Position numbers and translations under genes: made by a program. This document shows, piece after piece, positions 26,919 through 36,403 of a stretch of 64,000 nucleotides of DNA; position 1 is the first letter of the stretch, and each line of letters opens with the position of its first letter. Source of the stretch: Dehalococcoidia bacterium (GTDB lineage Bacteria > Chloroflexota > Dehalococcoidia > SZUA-161 > SpSt-899); the NCBI GenBank assembly GCA_028711995.1, contig JAQTRE010000003.1:543-64542 (forward strand). The letters are read 5' to 3'. A model generated the notes under the pieces. It was not told where the DNA came from. It ran no database searches and was given only the letters and a program-made list of their open reading frames with translations.

Positions 26919-29900
26919 ATGTTCACTCATCTTCACACTCACACCGAATACAGCCTGCTCGACGGTATGGGCCGCATCCCTCAGCTTATCGAGAGAACCA
27001 AAGAGTTGGGGATGGATAGCCTGGCCATCACCGACCACGGCGCGCTTTATGGCATCATTCAATTCTATTCCCAGGCCAAGAAAGCCGGGATAAAGCCGAT
27101 ACTGGGCTGCGAACTCTATGTAGCTCCCGGAGAGCGCACCTCCAAAACCTCATCCGACAAAAGCCCTTACCATCTCGTCGTCCTGGCCAAAAATATCACC
27201 GGCTATCACAACCTGCTGCATCTCAGCAGCAAGGCTTTTCTGGAAGGATTCTACTACAAACCGCGGGTTGACCGGGAACTCCTGGCCCAATACCATGAAG
27301 GGCTGATCGCTTCTTCGGCCTGCATTCAGGGGGAGGTTCCCAGGCTGATTCTGGAAGGACGGCACAAAGATGCCGAGAAAGCCGCCCGATGGTATAAAGA
27401 GGTCTTTGGCGATTTCTATCTGGAGCTTCAGGATCACGGCATACCGGAACAGGCGCAAGCCAACAAAGCGCTCATCGCCATGGGGAAAAAGCTGAATCTG
27501 CCCCTCGTGGCCACCAATGATATCCATTACACCAATAAAAACGACGCCCCTATTCATGAGATTCTGCTGTGCATTCAAACCGGCGCTACCATTCACGATG
27601 AAAAGCGCATGAAGATGTCCTCCGATGCCTTCTATCTCAAAAGTCCTCAGGAGATGGCCAGTCTGTTCGCCGAATGCCCGGAGGCCATTGCCAATACCGG
27701 ACACATTGCCGAGATGTGCGAACTCAATCTGGAGTTCGGCCGGCTCCACCAGCCGCAGATTGATATACCGCCGGGCAAGACTCCTCAGGAGTATCTCTCG
27801 GATCTGTGCTGGAAAGGGCTGGCTCTCCGTTATGCCGACGCTTCCGAAGAAGTGAGAGAGCGCCTGACCTACGAGCTCGATGTCATCCGGAAGACCGAGT
27901 TTGCCAACTACTTTCTCGTGGTTTGGGAACTCGTCTCATTTGTCCGGAAAGAGAAAATCCTCTTTGGCGTCCGGGGAAGCGCCGCTGCCAGTCTGGTTCT
28001 CTTCTGTCTGGGCATCACCGATATCGATCCGCTGGCTCACAAACTGGTGTTCGAGCGGTTCCTTAACGTGGAACGCAAGGAGATGCCGGATATCGACCTC
28101 GATTTTCAGGATGACCGCCGCGAGGAAGTGATCCGTTACGTATCCCAGCGTTATGGCGCAGACCATGTGGCTCAGATCATCACTTTTGGAACCCTCGGCG
28201 CCAGAGCGGCGCTCAGGGATGTGGGCAGGGCGCTGGGAATGTCCTATGGGCAGGTGGACAACGTGGTTCGGCTGGTACCTACAGCCGGAAGCACGCTCAC
28301 CGAAGCAATCGAGCAGAACCCTGATCTTGCCGGCATCTATAAAAGTGATAAGGAAATCGGGAAGCTGGTTGATACCGCCATCCGGCTTGAAGGAGTGGCT
28401 CGCCATGCATCCACTCATGCTGCCGGAGTTGTCATCTCCAGTGAGCCCTTGAGTAATCATGTGGCCCTGCAACGCCCCACCGGGAGCAACGAGGGAGGTA
28501 TCGCTACCACTCAACTGGCGATGGAAGAGGTGGCCAAGGTCGGGCTCCTCAAGATGGACTTCCTGGGACTGGCCAACCTGACCACCCTGGGCAAGGCCAA
28601 AGACATTATCGCCAGGACTCGCGGCATCGAGATCGATCTGCAGCATATTCCTCTTGATGATGCCAAGGCCTTTGCGCTCCTTTCCGCCGGAGAGACCACG
28701 GGTGTTTTCCAGCTCGAAGGCGCCGGGATGCGGCGCTATATCAAAGAGCTTAAGCCGAGCACCTTCAGCGATATCGCTTCCATGGTGGCCCTTTATCGTC
28801 CGGGACCCAAACAGCACATTCCCACCTTCATTAAGTCCAAGCACAAGGAGATACCGATCAAGTTCCCCCATCCGGCGCTGGAGAAGATACTGGAGGAAAC
28901 CTACGGCGTCATTGTCTACCAGGATCAGGTGCTTCGAATTACCCAGGCGTTTGCCGGATATACCCTCGGGGAAGCCGATATTGTGCGCAAGGCGATGGGG
29001 AAGAAGATTCCCGAAATCATGCAGAAAGAGCGGGACAAATTCATCGCCGGGGCTATCGAAAAGAAGGGGTTTTCCCGGGAGATTGCCGAGCAGGTATTCA
29101 ACCTCATCGAACCGTTTGCCGGTTATGCCTTCAACAAAGCCCATGCCACCAGCTATGCCATGATTGCCTATCAGACCGCTTATCTGAAGGCCATCTATCC
29201 GGCAGAATTCATGACCGCCCTTTTCATTACCAATATGGGCAATCAAGAAAAAATCTCCACTGCGGTGGCGGAGTGCCGACGCCTGGGAATATCGGTCCAG
29301 GCGCCGGACGTAAATCGAAGCGAAAAGTCCTTCACCATTGAGAACGCGGACGACGGGTCGCAGGCGATTCGCTTTGGATTGGCGGCCATCAAGAACGTCG
29401 GGGAGGGCGCTATCGAGCCCATTATCGTTGCCCGGGAGAAGGGAGGACCTTTTAAATCAGTTGAAGACCTTGCCCGCCGCTGCGATCTTCGGGGGCTCAA
29501 CAAACGCGCCCTGGAGAGCCTCATCAAAGTAGGCGCCCTGGATTCGTTGGGTCAGCGAGGGGCGCTGCTGACAGGGATGGATCGAATCTTGCGCCTTTCG
29601 CAGCAGGAACAGCAGCTCAAGGAGAGCGGACAGGCGACGATGTTCGATCTCTGGGGCGAAAGCGCCGCGACCCCGTTGCCCGAACTCGAATTGAAGAATC
29701 TCGCCATACCGGAGAGCGAAACATTGAACTGGGAGAAAGAACTGCTCGGTGTCTATCTTTCCGCTCACCCCCTCGTATCGGCAGCAAAAGATTTGGGGGA
29801 TCGTTTAACCGCATTCTGCGGACAGATCGATGAGGAAATGGCCGGCCAGGAAGTCACGCTGGTTGGAATGGTCAACTCGGCGCGCAAGGGGGTGACCCGG

Positions 29901-30380
29901 AATGGCAAACCGTTCGTCAGCGCCGTGCTGGAAGATATCGGCGGCGAGATTGAAGTCACTGCATGGTCGGAGGTGTATAGTCGGACAGCGGAACTCTGGG
30001 AGGAGGGCAAAACCCTATTGCTGTTCGGGAAAGTCGACTTGCGGGGAGACCGGGTACAGCTAACCTGCAAAGATGTTATTGCTTACCAGACCGGCATGGA
30101 AATTCCCTGGGCTGCGGCTCAGCGTCCGCCTTCAAAACGCGTTTACCAGCTTATCATCAGCCTCCATCAAACCGGCGATGAAGCGGCCGATGTCTCGCGT
30201 CTCAACCGGGTTTTCGCTATACTTGAGGGATTTCCCGGTGAAGATAAGACATATCTGAAGGTCGCCAATGGGATGGGAATGGTCAAGATGGAGCTTCCCA
30301 ATTGCCCGGTGACTTACTGTGAGGAGCTGCATCGGCAGCTTGCTGAGGTGGTGGGGGAAGATGGGTTAGCCCTTGCATAG
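26919..30380 (+). CDS. dnaE: DNA polymerase III alpha subunit (PHP + polymerase core + OB fold)
   Basis: MFTHLHTHTEYSLLDG (PHP domain), ..GVRGSAAASLV.., catalytic FDIDLDF-like region, 1153 aa. Confidence 0.95.
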   Translation: MFTHLHTHTEYSLLDGMGRIPQLIERTKELGMDSLAITDHGALYGIIQFYSQAKKAGIKPILGCELYVAPGERTSKTSSDKSPYHLVVLAKNITGYHNLLHLSSKAFLEGFYYKPRVDRELLAQYHEGLIASSACIQGEVPRLILEGRHKDAEKAARWYKEVFGDFYLELQDHGIPEQAQANKALIAMGKKLNLPLVATNDIHYTNKNDAPIHEILLCIQTGATIHDEKRMKMSSDAFYLKSPQEMASLFAECPEAIANTGHIAEMCELNLEFGRLHQPQIDIPPGKTPQEYLSDLCWKGLALRYADASEEVRERLTYELDVIRKTEFANYFLVVWELVSFVRKEKILFGVRGSAAASLVLFCLGITDIDPLAHKLVFERFLNVERKEMPDIDLDFQDDRREEVIRYVSQRYGADHVAQIITFGTLGARAALRDVGRALGMSYGQVDNVVRLVPTAGSTLTEAIEQNPDLAGIYKSDKEIGKLVDTAIRLEGVARHASTHAAGVVISSEPLSNHVALQRPTGSNEGGIATTQLAMEEVAKVGLLKMDFLGLANLTTLGKAKDIIARTRGIEIDLQHIPLDDAKAFALLSAGETTGVFQLEGAGMRRYIKELKPSTFSDIASMVALYRPGPKQHIPTFIKSKHKEIPIKFPHPALEKILEETYGVIVYQDQVLRITQAFAGYTLGEADIVRKAMGKKIPEIMQKERDKFIAGAIEKKGFSREIAEQVFNLIEPFAGYAFNKAHATSYAMIAYQTAYLKAIYPAEFMTALFITNMGNQEKISTAVAECRRLGISVQAPDVNRSEKSFTIENADDGSQAIRFGLAAIKNVGEGAIEPIIVAREKGGPFKSVEDLARRCDLRGLNKRALESLIKVGALDSLGQRGALLTGMDRILRLSQQEQQLKESGQATMFDLWGESAATPLPELELKNLAIPESETLNWEKELLGVYLSAHPLVSAAKDLGDRLTAFCGQIDEEMAGQEVTLVGMVNSARKGVTRNGKPFVSAVLEDIGGEIEVTAWSEVYSRTAELWEEGKTLLLFGKVDLRGDRVQLTCKDVIAYQTGMEIPWAAAQRPPSKRVYQLIISLHQTGDEAADVSRLNRVFAILEGFPGEDKTYLKVANGMGMVKMELPNCPVTYCEELHRQLAEVVGEDGLALA

Positions 30381-30472
30381 GCCAAGCAAGTATTGTATCC
30401 TATGCCAAAATGTGTTAATATGCTGTTCGCATCGGCTAGATCAAGCGACAGAGGGGGTGATGGCTCCAATTT

Positions 30473-30661
30473 ATGGATCCCGATTTATTATCAACGGAAG
30501 ATGTGGGTGGCATTCTGAAAGTTAGCAAGATAACGGTGCAGAGATGGTGCCATGAGGGGGAAGTCCCTGCGGCAAAAATTGGCAAATCGTATCGCATCAA
30601 GAAAGCTGATCTGGACAGGTGGTACGAAGGTAAATTCCTGAAAGAAAACGTATTCCAGTAA
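30473..30661 (+). CDS. Small helix-turn-helix DNA-binding protein (excisionase/MerR-like HTH_17)
   Basis: LLSTEDVGGILKVSKITVQRWCHEGEVPAAKIGKSYRIKKADLDRWYEG, 62 aa. Sits immediately upstream of the speH-decarboxylase-kamA cluster and is a possible local regulator. Confidence 0.55.
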   Translation: MDPDLLSTEDVGGILKVSKITVQRWCHEGEVPAAKIGKSYRIKKADLDRWYEGKFLKENVFQ

Positions 30662-30686
30662 TAAACTGAAAAAGGGGGTGGGTCTA

Positions 30687-31043
30687 ATGCATCTGATAAT
30701 TGATGGATATGCAAGAGATCGCGGCAAGATAATGGATAAGGAGTTCATTCGTGAGTTCCTTGATACCTACCCCCAACAAATACAGATGACCAAGGTTTCC
30801 ACGCCAAAAGTATCTCAATATCAGGATAGCGAGCATCAGGAGCAGGGAATATCCGGATTTGTCCTCCTTGCCGAGAGTCATATCAGCATTCATGTTTTCC
30901 CTGAAAGTTCTTATATCAACATCGATGTCTTTTCCTGTAAGGATTTTGATCCTGAACAGGTGGTAAGAGGGCTGGAACAACAATTCGGCCTGGCTGACGT
31001 AAAAAGTTATATTCTCAACCGGCCGCATTCAATCACAGAATAG
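30687..31043 (+). CDS. speH: S-adenosylmethionine decarboxylase proenzyme, small SpeH class (pyruvoyl enzyme)
   Basis: GFVLLAESHISIHVFPESSYINIDVFSC matches the SpeH self-cleavage/active-site motif (ES/H, serine to pyruvoyl). About 118 aa. AGGGGG RBS 8 nt before ATG 30687; the track's GTG 30678 is a less likely start. Confidence 0.75.
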   Translation: MHLIIDGYARDRGKIMDKEFIREFLDTYPQQIQMTKVSTPKVSQYQDSEHQEQGISGFVLLAESHISIHVFPESSYINIDVFSCKDFDPEQVVRGLEQQFGLADVKSYILNRPHSITE

Positions 31044-31191
31044 GTGGGATTCATACTACGTCCGATAAATGGCAGGAGCGACAACAGACCGGCGAAGGGA
31101 GAATGGCGGAGATCAAGGCCACGGATAGATAGAAGATGCCGGGTTCATGCCGTGGGTCATAGAAGTCTAAATCCTGAGAGGTTTCGCAGAA

Positions 31192-32313
31192 TTGTCCACT
31201 AATCTCCCAACAGCAGCGGTCCCTGAGAGCGTATTACGTCTGGCGCAGAATCGAAAAACACCCTTTCTTGCTATCGATGAGAAATCGATCCGGGATAAAT
31301 TCCAGCAATTCCGGGAGGCATTGCCCGCCTGCAGAATATTCTATGCGGTCAAGGCCAACTCCCACAAGCGCATCGTGAAGACGATGCACGCCATGGGAAG
31401 TGATTTTGAGATTGCCTCAGAGGAAGAGCTGAATTTACTACTCGACTGTGGGATAGCTCCTCAGAAGATCATCACCAGTAATCCGGTAAAGAGCGTGCCT
31501 TTTATCCAGGCTTGCCATCAAGCTGGAGTGATGGATTTCGCCTTTGACTCCCTGGATGAAATCGAAAAGCTCTCGAGATATGCCCCCGGGAGCAGGGTCT
31601 ATGTACGGCTTACCGTATCAAACGAGGGAAGCCAGTGGCCGCTGAGCCGGAAATTCGGCGTGGAAATCGATGAGGCCGCCGAACTCCTTATAACTGCTGC
31701 CAAGAGATCTCTCGTGCCGTATGGCTTAACTTTCCATGTTGGTTCGCAATGCACCAATGAGATCGCATGGGTGAATGCGATCTCGAAAAGCAAGCGAGTT
31801 TGGGACATGACGGCAGCAAAAGGCGTAAAACTGCGTATGCTCAACATCGGCGGTGGCTTTCCTATCCACTATACGGATGCTATCCCTCCCCTCAGCCGAA
31901 TCTCTAGGGCGATAGAAAAAACGGTAGGCCGTGACTTTCTTGAAAGCACAGAGGTCTTCGTGGAGCCCGGAAGGGTTTTCGTCGGCGAAGCCGGCATTCT
32001 GGTGACCACCGTTATTGGCAAGGCAAGGCGCGGTGAGCAGAATTGGCTCTATCTGGATGTTGGGGTTTTTAACGGACTGATGGAGAGCGTGGGTGGGTTT
32101 CGATATTCAATGGTTACCCATCGGGAAGGACCAACGCGCAAGTGGGTGGTGGCAGGGCCTTCTTGCGATAGCATGGATGTTATTTCCAATGATAAAGACC
32201 TGCCGGAGTTAGAAATAGGCGACAAGGTGTATATCCTTTCGGCAGGCGCCTATACCACAGTTTATGCCTCTCGATTCAATGGCTTTCCCATCCCAAAGAC
32301 GTACTTCCTTTAG
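31192..32313 (+). CDS. PLP-dependent fold-III (alanine-racemase-like) decarboxylase of the Orn/Lys/DAP decarboxylase family
   Basis: FLAIDEKSIRDKFQQFREALPACRIFYAVKANSHKRIVKTM (PLP-lysine motif YAVKAN), GS-rich loop, C-terminal beta-domain. 373 aa, shorter than LysA and similar to bacterial ODC/LDC or carboxy(nor)spermidine decarboxylase. Only a TTG start is available at the 5' end. Confidence 0.75.
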   Translation: MSTNLPTAAVPESVLRLAQNRKTPFLAIDEKSIRDKFQQFREALPACRIFYAVKANSHKRIVKTMHAMGSDFEIASEEELNLLLDCGIAPQKIITSNPVKSVPFIQACHQAGVMDFAFDSLDEIEKLSRYAPGSRVYVRLTVSNEGSQWPLSRKFGVEIDEAAELLITAAKRSLVPYGLTFHVGSQCTNEIAWVNAISKSKRVWDMTAAKGVKLRMLNIGGGFPIHYTDAIPPLSRISRAIEKTVGRDFLESTEVFVEPGRVFVGEAGILVTTVIGKARRGEQNWLYLDVGVFNGLMESVGGFRYSMVTHREGPTRKWVVAGPSCDSMDVISNDKDLPELEIGDKVYILSAGAYTTVYASRFNGFPIPKTYFL

Positions 32314-32318
32314 CGGGC

Positions 32319-32350
32319 TGCTGAAAAAGTTTGACTTAACCCCCTAGCCC
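32319..32350. repeat. Family-1 repeat 5' module (copy D)
   Basis: gctgaaaaagtttgacttaaccccctagccc is near-identical to 2976-3007. Located between the decarboxylase and kamA. Confidence 0.45.
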
Positions 32351-32502
32351 TAAAACAGGCATTTTTGCCTCTACCTTGAGATCTTCCGGGAATTGGTGGT
32401 TTAGACCAATATGCAACACTTGACAAATGTGATATAATTCAGCGCGAATAAAGATACAGGCGAATTCAAAAAATTCCACAATTTAAGGAGGTGTAGCCGA
32501 AA

Positions 32503-33861
32503 GTGATAAAAACATCGACAATTCTGCAGCAGCAAGAAACAGTAGCCCGGGCCGAAGAGGAGCCTCCGGGTTGTAGTGCCGTATTCAATGAGGCCGAAGA
32601 GGAGCCTCCGGGTATTTCGGCCCTGACATTTAGAAACAGGTTCTTCAGCCATGTTCCAGCTGAAAGTTGGGACGACTGGAAATGGCATTTCCGAAACCGA
32701 ATCACATCGGTTGAAGAGTTGGCACGATACATTCCCCTATCAGCCAGAGAGCTGTCCCGGCTCAAACTGGTAACGGCCAAGTATCCCCTAGCGATAACCC
32801 CTTACTATCTCTCGCTCATCGATCCTTGCGATCCTGATGACCCCATTCGAAAACAGGCAGTGCCTTGTTTTGATGAGGTGGCGCTGGCCGGCATGGGGGT
32901 TGAGGATCCTCTGGAAGAGAAGCGTCATTCTGTAGTTCCGGGGCTGGTTCACCGTTATCCAGACCGGGTATTGATGGTGTTAACCGACATCTGCCCGATG
33001 CTGTGCCGTCACTGTACCCGAAAGAGAGAATGGCGCAATGGCGAATGGGTGCGTACGCCGGCCGAGGTTGAGGCAATGCTGGACTATATCCGCAAGCACA
33101 GGGAAGTCCGCGATGTCATCATCTCCGGTGGTGACTGTCTGACTCTTACTACGCATCGTCTGGAAACCGTCATTGCCGCAATTCGGCGTATAGGGCATGT
33201 GGAGATCATCCGCATTGGCACCAGGTTCCCGGTGGTATTGCCGCAGCGTATCGATGACGAGTTGTGCGCCATGCTCTCCAAGTATGGGCCGATATGGCTC
33301 AATACGCACTTCAACCACCCGCGAGAGATAACACCGGAGGCAGCGCGGGCTGTTGATCGGCTTTTGAGGGCCGGGGTACCAGTGAACAATCAGTCGGTGC
33401 TTCTTCGCGGAGTGAACGATACCGTCAAAACACAGTTGAAGCTGTCTCACGGATTGCTCAGGATAAAGGTAAGACCTTATTACCTTTTCCAGACGGATGA
33501 GGTGCAAGGAACGGAACACTTGCGCACATCGGTGGAAACGGGGATTGCGATAATTGAGGGTATGCGGGGCCACACTTCAGGCTTGGCTATTCCTCACTAC
33601 GTGATCGATCTCCCTCACGGGGGAGGGAAGGTGCCCGTCCAGCCAAACTATGTGGTGGCGCAAACTGAAGATGGAATGATACTGAGAAACTATCAAGGCA
33701 ATCTCTTCCAGTATCGAAATCCCATGAGCCAGAGCCGGAACAAAAATATCCGCCGCAATGGCAAGCGGGTGGGCGAGCCGGTACAAACGATATTGCCCCT
33801 ACCCAGCTCGCCTTTGGCAGCCGAACAACCCCAACCTCAGCTTGTCGGGGTTAAACGATAG
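32503..33861 (+). CDS. kamA: Lysine 2,3-aminomutase (radical SAM, KamA/AblA family)
   Basis: CPMLCRHCTRKREW (KamA-type CxxxCxxC radical-SAM cluster), ITPYYLSLIDP, SWDDWKWHFRNRIT, PLP-binding region. AAGGAGG RBS 10 nt before GTG 32503. The N-terminal 30 aa include a translated tandem repeat. Confidence 0.85.
   Translation: MIKTSTILQQQETVARAEEEPPGCSAVFNEAEEEPPGISALTFRNRFFSHVPAESWDDWKWHFRNRITSVEELARYIPLSARELSRLKLVTAKYPLAITPYYLSLIDPCDPDDPIRKQAVPCFDEVALAGMGVEDPLEEKRHSVVPGLVHRYPDRVLMVLTDICPMLCRHCTRKREWRNGEWVRTPAEVEAMLDYIRKHREVRDVIISGGDCLTLTTHRLETVIAAIRRIGHVEIIRIGTRFPVVLPQRIDDELCAMLSKYGPIWLNTHFNHPREITPEAARAVDRLLRAGVPVNNQSVLLRGVNDTVKTQLKLSHGLLRIKVRPYYLFQTDEVQGTEHLRTSVETGIAIIEGMRGHTSGLAIPHYVIDLPHGGGKVPVQPNYVVAQTEDGMILRNYQGNLFQYRNPMSQSRNKNIRRNGKRVGEPVQTILPLPSSPLAAEQPQPQLVGVKR
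32551..32613 (+). repeat. 21-nt direct repeat x2 with 42-nt period, in frame within the kamA 5' end (encodes AEEEPPG twice)
   Basis: gccgaagaggagcctccgggt at 32551-32571 and again at 32593-32613. Confidence 0.6.
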
Positions 33862-33863
33862 CG

Positions 33864-34871
33864 ATGAAGATCGGGCTCTCGTACGATCTCAAAGAAGCCG
33901 TGACCGTGGGGTCGGCCCAGACAGATGATGCCCTCGAGGAATACGATTCTCCGGCAACGGTGGCGGCAATTGAGATGGCCATAGAGAGCCAGGGACATTC
34001 GGTGATCAGGCTGGGTGGGGGAAGAGATTTCCTCACCCAGATACTGCAACAGAAGGTTGATTTCGTCTTCAACATTTCCGAGGGACGTGGAAACTACAGG
34101 AGCCGAGAATCTCAAGTGCCCTGTATCCTCGAGATGCTAGATATCCCCTATACAGGCTCTGACCCGCAGAGTCTGGCGGTTTGTCTGGATAAACCTTTGA
34201 CCAAGCAATTGGTGGCAGCGGCAGGCATCTGTGTTCCGAAGGGATTGGTGATCACCGATTCTCGTCAATTGAAGGAGATCGACTGGGCTCAATTCCCTCT
34301 GCCTGCCATTGTCAAGCCAGCCTATGACGGGTCCAGCAAAGGCATTCGCTTCAATTCGAGAGTTGAGGATGGCGGCCAAGCCGCTTCTGTCATCGCTAGT
34401 CTCTTGGAGCAGTACCGCCAACCAATCCTGGCGGAGGAATTCATCGACGGGGATGAAGTCACGGTAGGGATAACAGGCAATTCCCCCCCCAAAGTTCTTG
34501 GTGTGATGCGCATTCTCCCCAAGAAAAAGGGGGCATATTTTGTTTATTCCCTGGAAGTGAAGCGGGATTGGGAACAGCTGGTGGAATATGAATGCCCCGC
34601 TCAGCTTGGGGATGACGTTCTGGAGAAGATCAATTTTTCCAGCCTGAGGACGTTTGAGCTTTTGGGGTGCCGGGACTTCGCCAGAATCGATTTCAGGATT
34701 AGTCGCGAAGGGATACCGTATTTCTTGGAGATCAATCCGCTAGCCGGACTGAATCCTTATAGCAGCGACCTGCCCATTATGGTTGGCAAGCTGGGGATTG
34801 GCTACCAGGCCCTAATCTCTGGCATACTTGTCGCCGCTCTGTTAAGGTATCCACAGTGCGAAGTAAGATAG
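33864..34871 (+). CDS. ATP-grasp ligase, D-alanine--D-alanine-ligase-like (Ddl family, unknown substrates)
   Basis: Ddl-like architecture: N-terminal pre-ATP-grasp (MKIGLSYDLKEA..EEYDSPATVAAIEMAIESQGHSV), central and C-terminal ATP-grasp with E..E..N catalytic residues (FLEINPLAGL). 3-nt gap after kamA. Confidence 0.7.
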   Translation: MKIGLSYDLKEAVTVGSAQTDDALEEYDSPATVAAIEMAIESQGHSVIRLGGGRDFLTQILQQKVDFVFNISEGRGNYRSRESQVPCILEMLDIPYTGSDPQSLAVCLDKPLTKQLVAAAGICVPKGLVITDSRQLKEIDWAQFPLPAIVKPAYDGSSKGIRFNSRVEDGGQAASVIASLLEQYRQPILAEEFIDGDEVTVGITGNSPPKVLGVMRILPKKKGAYFVYSLEVKRDWEQLVEYECPAQLGDDVLEKINFSSLRTFELLGCRDFARIDFRISREGIPYFLEINPLAGLNPYSSDLPIMVGKLGIGYQALISGILVAALLRYPQCEVR

Positions 34872-35851
34872 CCATTGTCTACAACGACCCCATCCCTGAT
34901 CGCTACACCCAGTTTGGCGAGGCCGATGCTGTCTCCGACGTTCTGGAAGAGGTAGAGACGGTCAATGATGCCCTGAAAGAATTGGGTTACGACGTCATCA
35001 ATGTGCCCCTGGTTCCGCCTTTGGATGAAGTAAGGGAAACCATACGGAATCTGGACGTAGATATCTTCTTCAATCTGTTTGAGGGCTTTGCCGGTCAGCC
35101 GGATACTGAACCCATCATCGCCGGCATGCTGGCACTTTCAGGAAAGCCATTCACTGGTTCCACCTCGCCCACATTGTTTTTGGCCTTGGACAAGGTTAAG
35201 TCCAAGGAATTTTTGATCGGTTCCGGTGTGCCCACTCCCAGATATCACGTATTGCGTCCGGAAACAATGGGTCGGTTTGATTTAGATTTCCCAGTAATTG
35301 TCAAGCCGCCAGCCGAAGATGCCAGCCACGGCATCACTGTCGATAGCGTAGTCAATGATTCCGCTGCCTTGGCGCGGCAAGTACAAAAGGTGTGCCTCAA
35401 CTATGGCGGGTCGGCTCTTGTGGAAGAGTTCATTGACGGCCGGGAATTCAATTCCACCGTCATGGGTAACCAGGACATTCACATCCTGTCAATTTCAGAA
35501 ATAGTCTATACCTTGCCACCCGAACTGCCCCGCCTGGTTACTTTTGGCGCCAAGTGGTTGCCCGGGGATATCTATTTTGAGAACACCGACCCGGTGTGTC
35601 CCGCGGAGATCGATACGGAACTGTGGGATCAGGTTGCTGAAACCTCGCTTTCAGCCTATCGACTGATGGGTTGCCGGGGATATGCCAGAATTGACATGCG
35701 ACTGGATGCCGAGGGAAGGGCAAAAGTGCTGGAGGTGAACCCCAATCCGGCCATAGCCCCTCGCTCTGGTGCTGCGCTTCAGGCTCGATCCGCCGGAATG
35801 ACCTACGCTCAATTCATCAAAAGGATCGTATCACTGGCACTTGAAAGGTAG
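34856..35851 (+). CDS. ATP-grasp ligase, Ddl-like, paralog 2
   Basis: MRSKIAIVYNDP...AVSDVLEEVETVNDALKELGYDV, ..VLEVNPNPAIAP. Overlaps the previous gene by 16 nt. Confidence 0.7.
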   Translation: MRSKIAIVYNDPIPDRYTQFGEADAVSDVLEEVETVNDALKELGYDVINVPLVPPLDEVRETIRNLDVDIFFNLFEGFAGQPDTEPIIAGMLALSGKPFTGSTSPTLFLALDKVKSKEFLIGSGVPTPRYHVLRPETMGRFDLDFPVIVKPPAEDASHGITVDSVVNDSAALARQVQKVCLNYGGSALVEEFIDGREFNSTVMGNQDIHILSISEIVYTLPPELPRLVTFGAKWLPGDIYFENTDPVCPAEIDTELWDQVAETSLSAYRLMGCRGYARIDMRLDAEGRAKVLEVNPNPAIAPRSGAALQARSAGMTYAQFIKRIVSLALER

Positions 35852-35856
35852 GAAGT

Positions 35857-36333
35857 ATGAAACCCAATATCAGGCCTATGACTTCTGGCGACAAGACGGT
35901 TATCATGCAGATTCTCAGGAATACTCCTGAATTTATGGCAGAAGAGGTAGTTGTGGCAGAAGAGGTGATGGATAGCTATTTGCGCGATCCTTCCGGCCCT
36001 GATTACAAAATACTGGTGGCCGAGGTTGATTCCTCTGTTGCAGGCTATATCTGTTACGGACCTACACCCCTAACCAAAGGGACATGGGACATGTACTGGG
36101 CAGCAGTTGATCCCACCAAACAAGGGAAAGGTATCGGAAGCGCGCTTTGGGCAGCTGCCGAGAAAAATATGAGAGAAGCCAATGGAAGGCTCTCTCTGAT
36201 TGAGACATCCGGAAAACCAAGCTATGCCAAGACCTTACGTTTTCATCAGAAGCAAGGCTACCATGAGGTCAGCCGAGTTCCTGATTTTTATGATGTCGGT
36301 GACGACCGGTTGATTCTGCGCAAGCTTTTGTGA
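35857..36333 (+). CDS. GNAT-family N-acetyltransferase
   Basis: 158 aa. Acetyl-CoA-binding motif A region ..VDPTKQGKGIGSALWAAAEKNMRE.. (Q/RxxGxG/A). 5-nt gap after the second ATP-grasp gene. Confidence 0.7.
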   Translation: MKPNIRPMTSGDKTVIMQILRNTPEFMAEEVVVAEEVMDSYLRDPSGPDYKILVAEVDSSVAGYICYGPTPLTKGTWDMYWAAVDPTKQGKGIGSALWAAAEKNMREANGRLSLIETSGKPSYAKTLRFHQKQGYHEVSRVPDFYDVGDDRLILRKLL

Positions 36334-36403
36334 TAGGCAGTCAGCAGCGCGAGAAGTGATGCCCATACCTGCTCACTGCAACTTTCTGTGAAAGGAGGGC
36401 CCT

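Noticed and set aside
27936-29246. 436-aa minus-strand ORF inside dnaE
   Set aside because: Antisense to a clear 1153-aa DnaE with PHP and polymerase motifs. No homology signal.
30678-30686. Alternative GTG start for speH (MGLMHL...) and the 513 TTG start for purF
   Set aside because: An in-frame ATG (30687; 525) downstream gives N-termini that match family consensus. The alternatives are kept as notes only.
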